DNA from: Octopus bimaculoides
Taxonomy: Eukaryota
Assembly: GCF_001194135.2 (NCBI RefSeq)
Contig: NC_068985.1
Location: forward strand, 118,885,975 to 118,949,974
DNA: 64,000 nucleotides
Direction: 5' to 3'
Every line of letters begins with the position of its first letter. Within the stretch, counting starts at the first letter, position 1. A model generated the notes under the pieces. That model did no database searches, was not told the DNA's origin, and was given only the letters and a program-made list of their open reading frames with translations. Shown here piece after piece: positions 24,190 to 37,284 of the stretch. The translations under genes and the position numbers were made by a program.

Positions 24190-24404
24190 TGATAATCCTT
24201 TCTACTAAAGGCACAAAGCCTCAAATTTGAGGGGAGGGGACTAGTCGATTACATCAACCCCAGTGTTTCACTGATACATAATTTAGCAACTCTGAAACAA
24301 TGAAAAGCAAAGTAGACCTTGGAGGAATTTGAATTTAGAAACCTAAATGGTCAAAATGCTGCTAAGCATTTTGCCTAGTGTACCAATGGTTCTACCATTT
24401 CACC

Positions 24405-24405
<1 letters not shown>
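24190..24405 (-). mobile_element. SINE family B copy
   Basis: Reverse complement of the family B body and tail. Confidence 0.75.
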
Positions 24406-24455
<50 letters not shown>

Positions 24456-24805
24456 GACCAGATATGCTGACATGGTCTATAAATAGAGTTTGATGGATTG
24501 GCAGAGAAACTGCAGATGAAATTATTTTCAGTCCCATGCTTCAACAATGTTTGATGCATTCGATTATAGAATTGAATTTTTGAAGTAGCTGCATAAAAGA
24601 CATTTCTATATATTCAATCAGGTATGAATTACAGCCATGTCTGAAGGTTAAAAGAACACAGTAGTGGTATTTATATTTGATTATAAAGAAGATAGTGAAA
24701 GTTTTTTTTTCTGTCTTGTTTTTCTTTGGTGGTCACAAACAGAACAGATGCAGCGAGCATTTCAAAGACTAACAAAAGACACACAAGACTTTCTAACTGG
24801 TAGAA

Positions 24806-25222
24806 TAGGTGGAGGCATGGCTGTGCAATAAGAAGGTTGCTTCCCAACCACATGGTTCCAGGTACAGTCCCACTGTGCTCCTTGGGCAAGTGTCTTCTAT
24901 TATAGCCTGGGGATGAACAGTCTTGTGAGTGGATTTGGTAGACAGAAACTGAAAGAAACCCATCATTTATATATATATATATATATATATACGTTTATCA
25001 ATTTGTGTTGCAAGATTCCTGATGTGAAATCGTGTGTTGAAACAGATATTGTTGTATTTCAGGGTGGTAATTTTTTAAAAACTTTTTTTGCTAAATAAAC
25101 ACATGCACTATATATTTCTTCTTCACTCGTTTATTACTGTTCTTATTTTAGCTCATGTCCATTGTTTGGAAATCTTTCATCACACACAAAAAAAAAGAAA
25201 AANNNNNNNNNNNNNNNNNNNA

Positions 25223-25295
<73 letters not shown>

Positions 25296-25552
25296 TTATG
25301 TATGTATATGTATATATATATGTGTGTGTATGTCTGTGTAGATATTTATGTGCATATTTCTTTATGCTTGTGTTTGTACCCCCCACTACTACTGGACAAC
25401 TAGTGTTCAATTATTTACATCCCCATAACTTAGTGCTTCAGTTAACAGAGACTGTGTACCAGGCTTAGGAAAAAAAAGTACCGGGATTGATCTATTCAAC
25501 TAAAAATCCCTCCTAGCATGGTTGCAGTCCAATGACTGAAACAAGTAAAAGT
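24806..25552 (+). mobile_element. SINE family A, expanded by extra sequence and a gap within its internal microsatellite
   Basis: Head at 24806-24965; 3' body at about 25360-25552. Confidence 0.7.
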
Positions 25553-25719
25553 TATAAGGTAATCCATGAGCCAACTAAGGAACTTCTACATGAGTATTTG
25601 ACTCTCTAGGAATACAAACCAAGTTCCCTCAAATCATGAGAGAGAGAGAGAGAGGGGAGTGAGAGAGAGAGAGAGAGGGGAGTGAGAGAGAGAGAGAACC
25701 CACTGGATAATGGAAATGT

Positions 25720-27150
25720 CTCATCTACTACATACGTGGAAAATCGGTGTGTGTTTGTTTGTGGCGTTGTTAGCTAACTCCTCCTACATCGTTTTATTGA
25801 TTTTGATGAAACTTGACACGTGAGTAGAACTCATGTCTGGAAACCTTGTGACATACTTAGATTGTTGAAAAAATCGATAATATGGCCTCTGGAAGGGACC
25901 TTATATCTACCTCAAATAACTCATCTTTTTTAAACACCCAAGGGAAATACCTCGTAGCACCTGCACAATATTTTTTAAACACCCAAGTGAAATAACCCAT
26001 AGCACCTGCATTTACAGTTGTTAGTTTTCAGCGAAGCGATCAATATTTGATTCTCACAATCAGCAGACCTAATTCTGCATTTCACTACTCACAATTTTGA
26101 ACTGCTATACCTTATTATTGCACTTTCTTGACGCATTTACACTTTCAATGCCCATAACTCAGGTAATTCTGCATTTTTCCAGTTAAACGTTTCCGATGAC
26201 AGTGCATAAATTTTTGATTTGATTCAGCGGACCTAATTCTGCATTTCAATACTCAGAGTTTTGAACTGCTAAACCTTATTAGAGCACTTTCTTGATGCAT
26301 GTACACTTTCAATGCCCATAACTTTGATAATTATGCATTTTTCCATGACAGTACATAAATTTTTGATTCCAGAACGTATTTGATAAGTGTGTCCCAATAC
26401 AATAAACTCATACTTTGAATGCTTAAAATTCTTAAAAAATGAAACCAAACTTCAGCACCACATTCAGTTGGGACACCTTGCATCACTTATACTTATTTTA
26501 CAAATCATAATATTTATTGCTTATTTACAGTTCATACGTTTTCATGAAACTAACTGAGCCATTGAATTAAGAAATATTTTACAGGTTTCATTGTTTATGC
26601 TCAATTACTTTGAATATTGATTTTTTGTGCATCCAATTTCTAATTCTTGCAGACAATATCATTTTTATACTTTATTTGACATGTGAGTAGAAGTGATGTC
26701 TGGAAACCTCGTGACATACTTAAATTGTTTAAAAAATCTATACTGGGGCCCCTCCAATAGATCCTTCTATCTACTACATATTACTAATATTTTATTTAAA
26801 CAACCCAAGGGAAATAACTCATACCACCTGCAATTTTTAGCGAAGTGATCAATAGTTGATTCTCACAACCAGCCGACCTAATTCTGCATTTCACTACTCA
26901 GTTTTGAACTGCTAAACATTATTATTGCACTTCCTTGATTTGAATCTTAAACCTTAAAGACTTCATTCATACATTTCTATACATACATACTTTTTTGAAT
27001 GCCCATTACTCCAATAATTCTGCATTTTTACAGTTACATGAGAGTAGATAAATTTTTTATTCCACAATGTATTTGTTGTGGCTTCATGGAGGCATAATGT
27101 GGATTCATCAACATCAACTCTTTACTCTTTGCAGCGGGGACAGCCATGTA
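25720..27150 (+). mobile_element. Helitron-like non-autonomous element with nested internal duplications
   Basis: Start TCATCTACTACATACGTGG..GTGTGTGTTTGTTTG..GATTTTGATGAAACTTGACAC resembles Helitron-N 5' ends. Block about 25815-26200 is repeated at about 26675-27060; there are also sub-repeats of about 170 bp and 45 bp. No clear 3' CTRR hairpin. Confidence 0.5.
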
Positions 27151-27197
27151 TCTCCTCTATAGCAGGCCACCTATATTTGTCCCTCTATCATATTTTA

Positions 27198-27753
27198 GTG
27201 AAGGCATGTGGCTTGGTGGTTAGGGTATTTGGCTCATGATCGCAAGGTCATGAGTTCAATTCCTGGCAATGTGTTGTGCCCTTGAGCAAGACACTTTATT
27301 TTACATTGTTCCAGTCCACTCAGCTGGCAAAAATGAATAGTACTTGTATTTCATAGGGTTAGCCTTGTCACATTCTGTGTCACACAAAATTTTCCTGAGA
27401 ACTACATTAAGGGTACACATATCTGTGGAGTGCTCAGCCACTTTCACATTAATTTCAACCAGCAGTGAGCTGGCAGAAACATTAGCATGCTGGGCAAAAT
27501 GCTTAGCAGTATTTTGTCTGTCTTTACGTTCTGAGTTCAAATTCTGCCGAGGTTAACTTTGCCTTTCATCCTTTCGGGGTCGATCAATTAAGTACCAGTT
27601 GCATACTGGAGTCGATCTAATCAACTTAATCCCCTCTCCCAAAATTTCGAGCCTTGCGCCTAGAGTAGAAAAGATTAATTTCAACCTGCACAATCAGGTT
27701 GTTCTGTTGATTGGATCAACTGAAACACTCATTGTCATAACTGACAGAGTGCC
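27198..27753 (+). mobile_element. tRNA-derived SINE, family E (host of a nested family B copy)
   Basis: A box TGGCTTGGTGG, B box GAGTTCAATTCC, then TGTGCCCTTGAGCAAGACACTTTATT and the body. It resumes after the TSD at 27686. Confidence 0.8.
27461..27673 (+). mobile_element. SINE family B copy inserted into a family E SINE, with a 13-bp TSD
   Basis: ATTAATTTCAACC occurs at 27448-27460 and 27674-27686, flanking the B copy. Confidence 0.85.
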
Positions 27754-27829
27754 TATTATCATATTTTAACCTCTTAACACTTGGCATAAAACTACCTCTC
27801 TCAATATCAAGATCTCTCACTTGAGGGAT

Positions 27830-28080
27830 CTTATCTTGCAAGTTACTTGGTGACCTCACTCAAGCCAGTACCACTAAAAAGTAACACCAAAAAGAAGCAC
27901 CTGTTACATTCTGTAAAGTGGTTGGCATTAGGAAGAGCATTTAGCCAAAGCAGACATTGGAGTTTGATGCAATCTTCTGGTTTGTCAGATTGTGTTGAAC
28001 TGTCTAACCCATGCCAGCATCAAAAACAGATGTTAAATGATGATGTTGCTGCTGCTGATGATGACGGTGATAACGATGAA
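27830..28080 (+). mobile_element. Family C copy, diverged
   Basis: CTGTAAAGTGGTTGGCATTAGGAAGAGCAT...AACCCATGCCAGCAT...TTAAATGATGATG. Confidence 0.7.
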
Positions 28081-29254
28081 AGATATAAAAAGACTGAAGT
28101 CCAAGCCATGTAATTGTAAAGCAAACTTCTTAGCTACACAACACACACACACACACATGCACACATATGCACACACACGTACACACATATGTATGCACAC
28201 ACACAAACATACTCTCATACACACAACGCACACACACATTCACACACACACACACACACACACATGCACACACAACCTATCCAGTGTTATGTTTATAGAT
28301 ACTGCAGCGAGAACTTGAATGAAAATAAAATCTATGAGTGGATTGTACATATGAATGTAAAATGTGCAGCAAGAGCCAACTGTGTGCACCAGTGGTAAAG
28401 ATGAGCCAAAGAAGACTCAAAGGAGGATTCCCCTCACCCCCACCAAAAAAAAAAAAAAAGATTAGACCTGAGAAAGGTGGGCCTTACAAATGAGATGACA
28501 GAGGGTTATGAGGAATATAACTGTGCTGTTGCAGACTTGTTCATCTCAAGCTAGTACAGAAGAAGCAAAATTAAAAGGAAAAAAGATAATGATGATGCTA
28601 CCTATGCTGCTAACTATCATTTCCATCAATTCAATAAATATAGAATCCATGAAACTACATTGATTCAATAAAAAACATTATTAGTTTATTTATTTTCTTT
28701 TTTTTCTTTTCGTTAACCATAACATTACAATAAACATTTATGATGTTGGAAGTTTTAATTAAGGTTAATTTGCACGCATTCAAACTCTGTCAGAATCCAG
28801 CCATAAAGACGATCAATGTTTTCTAATGTTTAGGTTTCCTTTTGTAAATTTCAATGTTTTGTTCTTTAAGAGACATATTTTAATTAAACATGTTAATTAT
28901 GATTTTCTTCTTGAGAATAACACCAGTTTTGTAAAGTGGCAGAGAATGGCAGGATGACTCATCTTCAGTATCTTGTTTGTTTGAAGACGTATTTATTCTA
29001 TTCCAAGTTATACTTATGAACAGTAGTGATATAGTTGCAGTGCAAGCTCATGAAACACTTGTTAATTTTACTGTCTATCTGCTGTTGACAGCATTGAGTT
29101 GTTCTTGTCCCGTGGTCCCTATCAATGTTTGAGTGAACTGAGCCATTTTACAGTCAAGTTGTCTTGGTTGTAGTCACAATGTGATAGTAGATGGCAGTAG
29201 AGGCCTATCTTCTTGTCTTCTTTCCTGCCAACTGAAACTTTTGGCTTTGCTAGC

Positions 29255-29590
29255 TAGGAGAATGTTACAAGTCTCTTTACAAGACTCAGCAGACAAATGA
29301 ATGGATGTTGCAACGAGCATGTGAAAGACAACAACTCCTGAACATTGTGAAAAAACAAAAGTTCAACTATTATATTTGAAGAAGCAGTGGTTTGGAAAAC
29401 AATATCATAAAAGCAAAAGTAGAGGATAGTAGATCAAGAGGCAGGCAAAGAACACAAGGTATGGACAATATCAAGAGATGACTGGACAAGAGTGGAAGAT
29501 AGCTGGAGAACTTGTGCTTAATTGGAACAACTTTCATTGAAATGTTACCAATGCACTGTAGGTGTATGGTACATAATGATGATGATGAGA
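29255..29590 (+). mobile_element. Decayed RTE-LINE C-terminus and (TGA)n tail
   Basis: RRMLQVSL..QTNEWMLQRACERQQLLNIVKKQKFNY..*RSSGLENNIIKAKVEDSRSRGRQRTQGMDNIKR, matching the GKVEGxRxRGRxRxxW motif region. Confidence 0.75.
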
Positions 29591-29624
29591 TTTAACTTAG
29601 GGCTTTTTGATTCTAGACTTTGCT

Positions 29625-30170
29625 TCTATGATTTAGGACTTCTTCACAAAATCTTCAAAAGATTCAGCATTGAGAATTATGTCATCAGCAAACAGAAGTA
29701 ATCATCAGCACCCATTCTTAAGTTCCTCTTATATGTTCTGGAGAATTATTATAAACAGGACAGACCCAAGAACTAATTGTTGATGAATGCTTAACTGCAC
29801 ATTAAATTTTTTACTGAACTCAGTGCCATTTCTCACTTTGCTGAATGGTACCTCTGTATATAGCTTACATGGCTCTAACAAGCTATTCAACTAAGTCAAA
29901 ATTTCTCAGTAGCCATCAAACTACAGAGAGTGGTTCTATGTTATAGGTTTTATCCAGGTCAATGAATGTTAGGCATAGTGGTCTTGCTATTTGCCAAGAA
30001 CTTGTGTTGTTGTCTCACTTGGAAGGGAGTATAGGTAGTACTATGTCTAAACACAAACATGAACTGCATCTCATCTTCCTCATCTATGCTAATCCTCTTC
30101 CTAATCAGTTGCATTAAAATTCTTTCTGTTACTGTCATAATTTAGCCCATCAGTCTAAAGCATTGTTTTT
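29625..30170 (-). mobile_element. Decayed RTE-clade reverse transcriptase domain
   Basis: RILMQLIRKRI...KFLANSKPLCLTFIDLDKTYN...SKVRNGTEFSKKFNVQLSIHQQLVLGSVLFIII...LLLFADDIIL. These correspond to the FIDLxKAYD, GxxQGxxLSPxLF and FADD motifs. Confidence 0.85.
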
Positions 30171-30267
30171 GTTCTTGTTAATGATGATACTGCTGCTATA
30201 CAAGTCATAGGGTATGAAACCTCTCTAAATGTGATTTCTTCCTATCTCTTTATCAGCTCTCTTATAC

Positions 30268-30312
<45 letters not shown>

Positions 30313-30818
30313 TTCACTGCAACTTAAAAGCTGCTGAAGCATGAGAAACCTTCAGCTAAGAAGGTAAAAGACATTCAGATCACCTCATACACACAAGTGA
30401 GTTGTGCAACAGTCAAGAACCAATAGCAAATACTCTATTACATCATTCCTATTGCACACACAGAAAAAAAAAAGAACGCATCTTCATTCTTACACGTACA
30501 CACACTTACTCTTACAGCACTGAAACAAACTATAGCTCTTATTGCCAGGTAGAAATGGGTGATGGAGGACAAGACGTATGTTGGGTCCCCTGCAGGAACA
30601 ATCATTGCAGGAGTTAGAAAGATGACAAGGATGACAGTGGTAGTGGCGGTGGTGGTGGCAGCGGTGGTGATGGTGATAGTATGCTGATAATGATATGAAA
30701 GTAACGATGAGATATTGATGATGAGACTTGTCATTCTTGCATTGAGTAATGATTAAGTGAAACCACAACAAAACATGTCAGCACGACCCAGCTTTGACTT
30801 TGTCTCAATGACTCTATG

Positions 30819-30929
<111 letters not shown>

Positions 30930-31734
30930 ATATATATATATATACTTCTGTCTCATTTTAAATTTTAATCTTCTTCACATATCTTTCAGATTGCAGTAAA
31001 TTTTTCCAACAAAATATTATTGTTTTTTTTTTTACTTTTAAACAAATCCTTGATAAATTCCTACAAAATTCTTTTTTGTTTCCTTTTAAGTTTTAGTTCT
31101 TTTTTTTTCTTTCATTTTGTTTGCTCTTTCATTTATTTTGGATTTTTGTTTTGTTTTTCCCCTCACTCCCACCTTTTCTTGAATCAGTAGCTGCTGCTGC
31201 CACTGCTGCTACCAATAACACAGCTACTACTACTATCACTACTACTACTATTGCTGCTGCCACCACCACTGCCACCATGACCACCACCACTAATATCATC
31301 TCACCACCACCACCACCACCAGCCCCCATCACCAACGATACCCCCTCCAATTACCACCCTTACAATTAAGAAGAAAGATATAAACTTCTTTATCACTACT
31401 TTCAAGTTTCTCCGTTCCTTCATTCAGTCATTCAATCATCTATGGATTATACCGCTGCCATACTAAATTAGTATCAATCCTTCTTAAATTAATGCAATCA
31501 AATCAAAATCAAATTTTTATTTTCAAATTTTATTTCATCACCATCCTCATCATCATCATCGTCATCATCATTGTCAGTGACATCATCATGCCTATTGTCT
31601 GTGTCATTGTAACCCTTACCATCAACTTCATAATAAGCAAATTTTCATGTTTGACATTGGTTGGAATGGATATATGGTCATATTTATTTCAATATATTAC
31701 CTTCAAATGTTGGGTTTCATGGATTGAAAATGAC

Positions 31735-31974
31735 AAGTGATTGAGACCTTTGGCAATTTGTTGTGCTCGAGAAGACTCATCAAACCAAGTGAAATTGTAG
31801 TCGTGGCCAGTGCTGGTGACAAGTAAAAGTCACCTACTACACTCTTGGAGTGGTTGGCTTTAGGAAGGGCATCCAACCATAGAAACCAAGCCAAGTCAGA
31901 CCTGGTACAGCTCTCCAGCTTACCAGTTCCAGTCAAAGCATCTAACCCATACCAGCATGGAAAATAGATGCTAA

Positions 31975-32019
<45 letters not shown>

Positions 32020-32020
32020 C
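31735..32020 (+). mobile_element. Family C copy including the RTE ORF end
   Basis: GAGACCTTTGGCAATTTGTTGTGCTCGAGAAGAC (RDLWQFVVLEK) followed by the family C UTR and (GAT)n. Confidence 0.8.
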
Positions 32021-32023
32021 AAA

Positions 32024-32250
32024 TCTAAGGTGGCGAGATGGCAGAATCTTTAGCATACTGGACAAAACGCTTAGCAGTATTTCGTTTGTCTTTACATTCT
32101 GAATTCATATTCCACCGAAGTTAACTTTGCCTTTCATCTTTTTGGGGTTGATAAAATAAGTACCAGTTGAATACTGGGATTGATGAAATCAACTTGTCCT
32201 TTCCCCCAAAACTGCTGGCCTTGTGCCAAAATTTGAAATCAGTATATTCT
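32024..32250 (+). mobile_element. SINE family B copy
   Basis: AAGGTGGCGAGATGGCAGAATC...GTTAACTTTGCCTTTCATC...GTACCAGTTG. Confidence 0.8.
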
Positions 32251-32774
32251 TCAAATTCATTTTTATTCAAAGAGCATTACACAAGGACATCAGAGCCCCA
32301 CCATATATGCTGAAAATAGTAAAAATTACTTTTCTATTTTGGCTGTTTATTTTCTTTAGGCTTCGTTAACAAACTAACTGGTAATTTTGTTGAGGAGGTC
32401 TGAAGTTGGCCACTGAAAAGGTAATTGGCCTAAAAGCAACTCTGCTAATTATAGTACCTATAACCAAATAAATGGTTCTATGAATATATGATTACAATTG
32501 GAAATATCAATAGAAAGGCTAGCAAAAGTCATTGTAAATTGATGAAATTTGATGGAAACCTATAAATATCACTGAAAATACAGAATTTTTACATTGGCAC
32601 AAGGCCACAACTTTGTAGGAGATTGGTATATGGTTAATTGAAATAACCAGCAACTAGATGGTACATACATCAGACTTCTAAAGGTAGGATCAAAACATCT
32701 CATGCTATGAAAACAAGATCAAAGAGGAGGGTCACTGACACATTCCATCCCTCTCTATTAATGTTGCTCATAGG

Positions 32775-32991
32775 CAGGGCTATGTGGTTAAGCAGCAGCT
32801 TACTTTGCAGTCACATAGTTTCAAGTTCAGTCTGTCTGTGCAGCACCTTGGGAAAAGTGTCATCTATCATAGCCCATCTATTGAACTGACCAATGCCTTG
32901 CAAGTGAATTTGGTAGATAGAAACTGTGTTGAAGGTCACTGTGTATATATGCATTTATGTGTGTGTGTGTGTGTTTGTGTGNNNNNNNNNN

Positions 32992-33047
<56 letters not shown>

Positions 33048-33535
33048 AACCCCAGTTTTGAGCCTGCATAACTAAACTTCCTCCTTTCTTGGGCTCTCAT
33101 CTTTCCTACCTTATTGCCTCTCACTCCTTTCTTTCAAAGAGTATAGGTTTGAAAAGTCAGACTTTTCCATTCTTCCGAAGTGTTAAACTAATACGTCTGC
33201 TTGTTGTTCCCTCACCTGTCTTCATCATTTGTTTTTTGTAAATCTGAACTATATCTATATAGATACATACATACATACACATACACGTGCACATGTGTGA
33301 GAGTGTATGTGTGGGTGTGTATGAGTCTTTATGTTTGTACTCATTCCTCTGCTAACGTTGCTTGACAACCAATGTTTGATTACGTTTCTGTAACTTAGCA
33401 GTTGGGCAAAAGAGACTGATAGAGTAAGTACGAAACTTTTAAAAATAAGTACCAGAGTTGATTTGTTTAACTAAAGGTGATGCCACAACATGGCTGTAGT
33501 CATGTGACTGAAACAAGTAAACAATAAAAGATAAA
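32775..33535 (+). mobile_element. SINE family A with a family D (Penelope-like end) fragment inside its internal microsatellite
   Basis: Head at 32775-32945, family D at about 33110-33250, 3' body at about 33330-33535. Confidence 0.65.
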
Positions 33536-34214
33536 ATAGATTTGGCTCTGTTTATCACTGTTATTGTGTTGAGCAATAAATCATATGAGATGTTATATTT
33601 TGGAGACTTCTGCACCCTAATGAAAGATTAATGGGAATACTTTGGTGTCACAGAGAGAGACTGAACCCAGAATAGGAAAGGTTGTAATGCCTGTTCCTTG
33701 GGGATCGATAAAATAAGTAAGTACCAGTTAAGCAGTGGAATTGATGTAATCAGCTGCCCCCCTCCCCTCAAATCGCTGGCCTTGTACCAAAATTAGAAAG
33801 TATTAATGTCCAGCCCTTTCCTCAGCTCACTTCCTCTTCACTTTCTCAACTTTTCATGCAAGTTAAGTTATAAGCCACTGAATGAACAAAATTAACTTGT
33901 CTCCCTTTGATCTTCACAGAATAAGATGGCAAAGTATACAACATGTAAGTTATAATAGTCAACTCACCGTTTCAGGAATTACACGATACTAGCAGTGGAT
34001 ATTCACATGATAAAATCAATTCCTTTCTAATAAAATTTACACATGATAGTTTGTTGATGTTAATATTTCTGGTCAGATCAGGGCAGTGAGCTGGCAGAAT
34101 CATTAGCATGCCAGGCAAAAGGCTTAGAGGCATTTCGTCTATCTTTACATTCCGAGTTCAAATTCCGTTGAGGTTGACTTAACCTTTAATCCTTAACACC
34201 AAGGTACCATGTAA

Positions 34215-34400
34215 AAACACCAGTGATGGTGTCACGTAAAAAGCGCTCTGTACACTCTGTAAAGTGGTTGGCATTAGGAAGGGCATCCAGGTGTAGAAAC
34301 CATGTCAAAGCAGACTATGAAACCTGGTATGGCCCTGACCTACCAGTTCCTGTCAAGCCATCCTATCCATGCCAGCATGAAAAATGGGCATCAAATGTTT
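34215..34400 (+). mobile_element. Family C copy
   Basis: GTCACGTAAAAAGCGCTCTGTACACTCTGTAAAGTGGTTGGC... Confidence 0.7.
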
Positions 34401-34764
34401 ATGAGTTAAGAACTGTCAATCTTGTTTTGTATTGTCTTTCCATGGCATTTACAGTGGTTATTAGTCTTCACTTCAATTGNNNNNNNNNNTTTACAGTGGT
34501 TATTAGTCTTCACTTCAATTGTATATATGGGGAAACATGTGGCACAGATGTAGTTAATAATCACCCACATGATGTAGTCCATAAATCAGATTCAACTCCT
34601 TGTGGAAGCAATTTCAGTAATGTTAACATATGAACATCGCAACATCCATTAATAGTGCAGACCCCACTTATCGTACAAACCTTAAAGAGGTCATGTTATT
34701 GATTGGTGCTTAACCCTTCTGATACCAGCCCACCTGAGACTGCCCCTGGTTCTGTGATACTAAT

Positions 34765-34817
<53 letters not shown>

Positions 34818-35081
34818 TTAGTAGAGTTACAGGTTGGAATAACCGTCTAAAGGATAATATTATCCTTTATACTACTGGTATAATTACCTTTGTTAACCCT
34901 GGACATACATCTGCAAGCGTATTATGCTCATAGATTACAGATATTTCTCCATTTTCTGTTTACTTTAAATTTATTGGAGCCTGGTGTAGCCATCTGGTTC
35001 ACCAGTCCTCAGTCAAATCGTCCAACCCATGCTAGCATGGAAAGCCGACGTTAAACGATGATGATGATGATGATGATGATG

Positions 35082-35112
<31 letters not shown>

Positions 35113-35126
35113 TGAANNNNNNNNNN

Positions 35127-35159
<33 letters not shown>

Positions 35160-35163
<4 letters not shown>

Positions 35164-35330
35164 TGAAATTTACAGAAAAAACAAAAGATGAAGATAGGTG
35201 TATAAACAACAACAGGTGTATCAGTTTGATGCTCGGGAAGGTGAGAAAGTCCTGTACGTTTCAAACCTATGCTTTTCACCCAAAAGGAACACAAGGAAAT
35301 AAACAGAGAGAGAATAAAAAAACTCTTGGA
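35160..35330 (-). mobile_element. Family D copy with a degenerate hammerhead-like motif
   Basis: rc: GGGTGA-A-AAGC-ATAG-GTTT-GAAAC-GTA-CAGG-ACTTTCTCACCTTCCCGAGCATCAAACTGATAC. Confidence 0.6.
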
Positions 35331-35955
35331 GTTCGCAGTAAATCATGACAATAATTATGTGTNNNNNNNNNNNNNNNNNNNNNNNNNNNNNNNNNNNNNN
35401 NNNNNNNNNNNNNNNNNNNNNNNNNNNNNNNNNNNNNNNNNNNNNNNNNNNNNNNNNNNNNNNNNNNNNNNNNNNNNNNNNNNNNNNNNNNNNNNNNNNN
35501 NNNNNNNNNNNNNNNNNNNNNNNNNNNNNNNNNNNNNNNNNNNNNNNNNNNNNNNNNNNNNNNNNNNNNNNNNNNNNNNNNNNNNNNNNNNNATACATAT
35601 ACACAGATATACATGTATGCATGTATGTATGTGTGTGTGTGTGCTTGTAGGTATATACACATACACAACAGTTATAATGTAGAAGCGTACATGCATACTA
35701 TTACCTCCACTAATTTTATCTGCTAACAGTAATATATGCTATAAAATGTCAAGTAATTCTGTATTACATTTACAACCTGATTACTGATATACATACATAC
35801 GTACATATATACATACATACGTACATATATACATACATACATATATACATACATACATATATATATGTAATGCTCGCATTACTTAAATAAATGGAGTAGC
35901 ATGAAACGTGTGTACTGCAATCAGCTTTAAAATCCATGTTGCTTATTTTGATTTT

Positions 35956-35998
<43 letters not shown>

Positions 35999-35999
35999 C

Positions 36000-36180
36000 A
36001 TGATCATGATCATCATTTAATGTCTGTTTTCCATGCTGGTACGGACGGCTTGATAGGGTCTAGCAAGTCCTGCAAAGATGTATTGGCTCCACTGTTTTGG
36101 CATGGTTTCTGTAGTTGAATGCTCTTCCAAATGCCAACTACTTTACAAAGTATACTGAGTGCTTTTTTTCATGTCATCAG
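36000..36180 (-). mobile_element. Family C copy
   Basis: Reverse complement of the family C UTR and tail. Confidence 0.65.
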
Positions 36181-36809
36181 TCTCAGCTGATAAGTTCCAT
36201 AAATGAATTAAAGGCAGAGAGTTTTTGTGCATTGCACATGTATGAAACTGTTGGCCCTTGAATTACTTATGTAACTTTACAGCTAAATATTACACCCACC
36301 TACACACACACGTTTCTACAAGTTGAATGCATTTTTTAACATTAATTTTTTTTTATCCAATCAGAATCTAGTGATTTGAATAAGAAAAGAAACCGAAGTT
36401 TACTCAATTGTAATATCGCATAATAGAATTGAAGTGTCAAAGAATCAACGCATGCTTGTAAGAACAAGCTATGGTTAGACTTTGTTGTAATCCTTTCAGT
36501 AAAAGTTCCATATCATGTTTGATTAAAAACGTTGAAGAAACAAACTCATTGTTGAAGTCACACGCTCGACATGATGACATTCACACAAAGAAGAAATAAT
36601 TCTAAATATCAAAGGATCATTAGGAAAACTAGAAATTGAAACTAAACTGGAACATGCAAACAACCCATTAATTCTACAGCTTGATACAGGATTCCCCTAT
36701 GAAACATTGCAAGACTTTTTACATAATGATAGTCATGACAAATAAAAAAAAAATAAATAAATAAAAAAACCCAAAGAAACACAAGAAAAGTTGCAGAAAA
36801 ATCTAGGTA

Positions 36810-37215
36810 CAGGTGTGACTGTGTAGTAAATTTGCTTCCCAACTACATGGTTCTGGGTTCAGTCCCATTGCGTGACATATTGGGCAAGTGTGTTCTACTA
36901 TAGTCCCAGGCTGAGTAGATTTGGTAAGCAGAAACTGAAAGAAGCCAGCTATGTATGTATGTGTGTGCATGCGTGTGTGTATGTATGTATGTATGTATGC
37001 ATGTATATGTGTGTGTGTCTTTGTGTTTGCGTTTGTTCCCCACTACCACTTGACCAAGTGTTGGTTTGTTTACATCCCTGCAACTTAGTGGCTCAGCATA
37101 AAAAAAAAGATAGAAGTACCAGTCTGACAAAATAAATATTGGGGTCACTTTGTTCAACTAAGCTCTTCTAGGTGGTGCCCCAGCATGGTCACAGTCCATG
37201 AAGTGAAATAAGTAA
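36810..37215 (+). mobile_element. SINE family A
   Basis: Head, (TATG)n tract and 3' body are all present. Confidence 0.8.
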
Positions 37216-37284
37216 AAGATTAAGGATGAAGGATAATGAAAAAGACAAAGAATCTCGTCAGAGAAGGTCCTCATTGGAGAAGGA

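Noticed and set aside
29678-29712. TCATCAG motifs
   Set aside because: These encode the RT FADD region, not a ribozyme core.
34445-34525. Direct repeats flanking short N gaps (also about 5140-5420 and 35100-35170)
   Set aside because: Probably scaffolding overlap artefacts.
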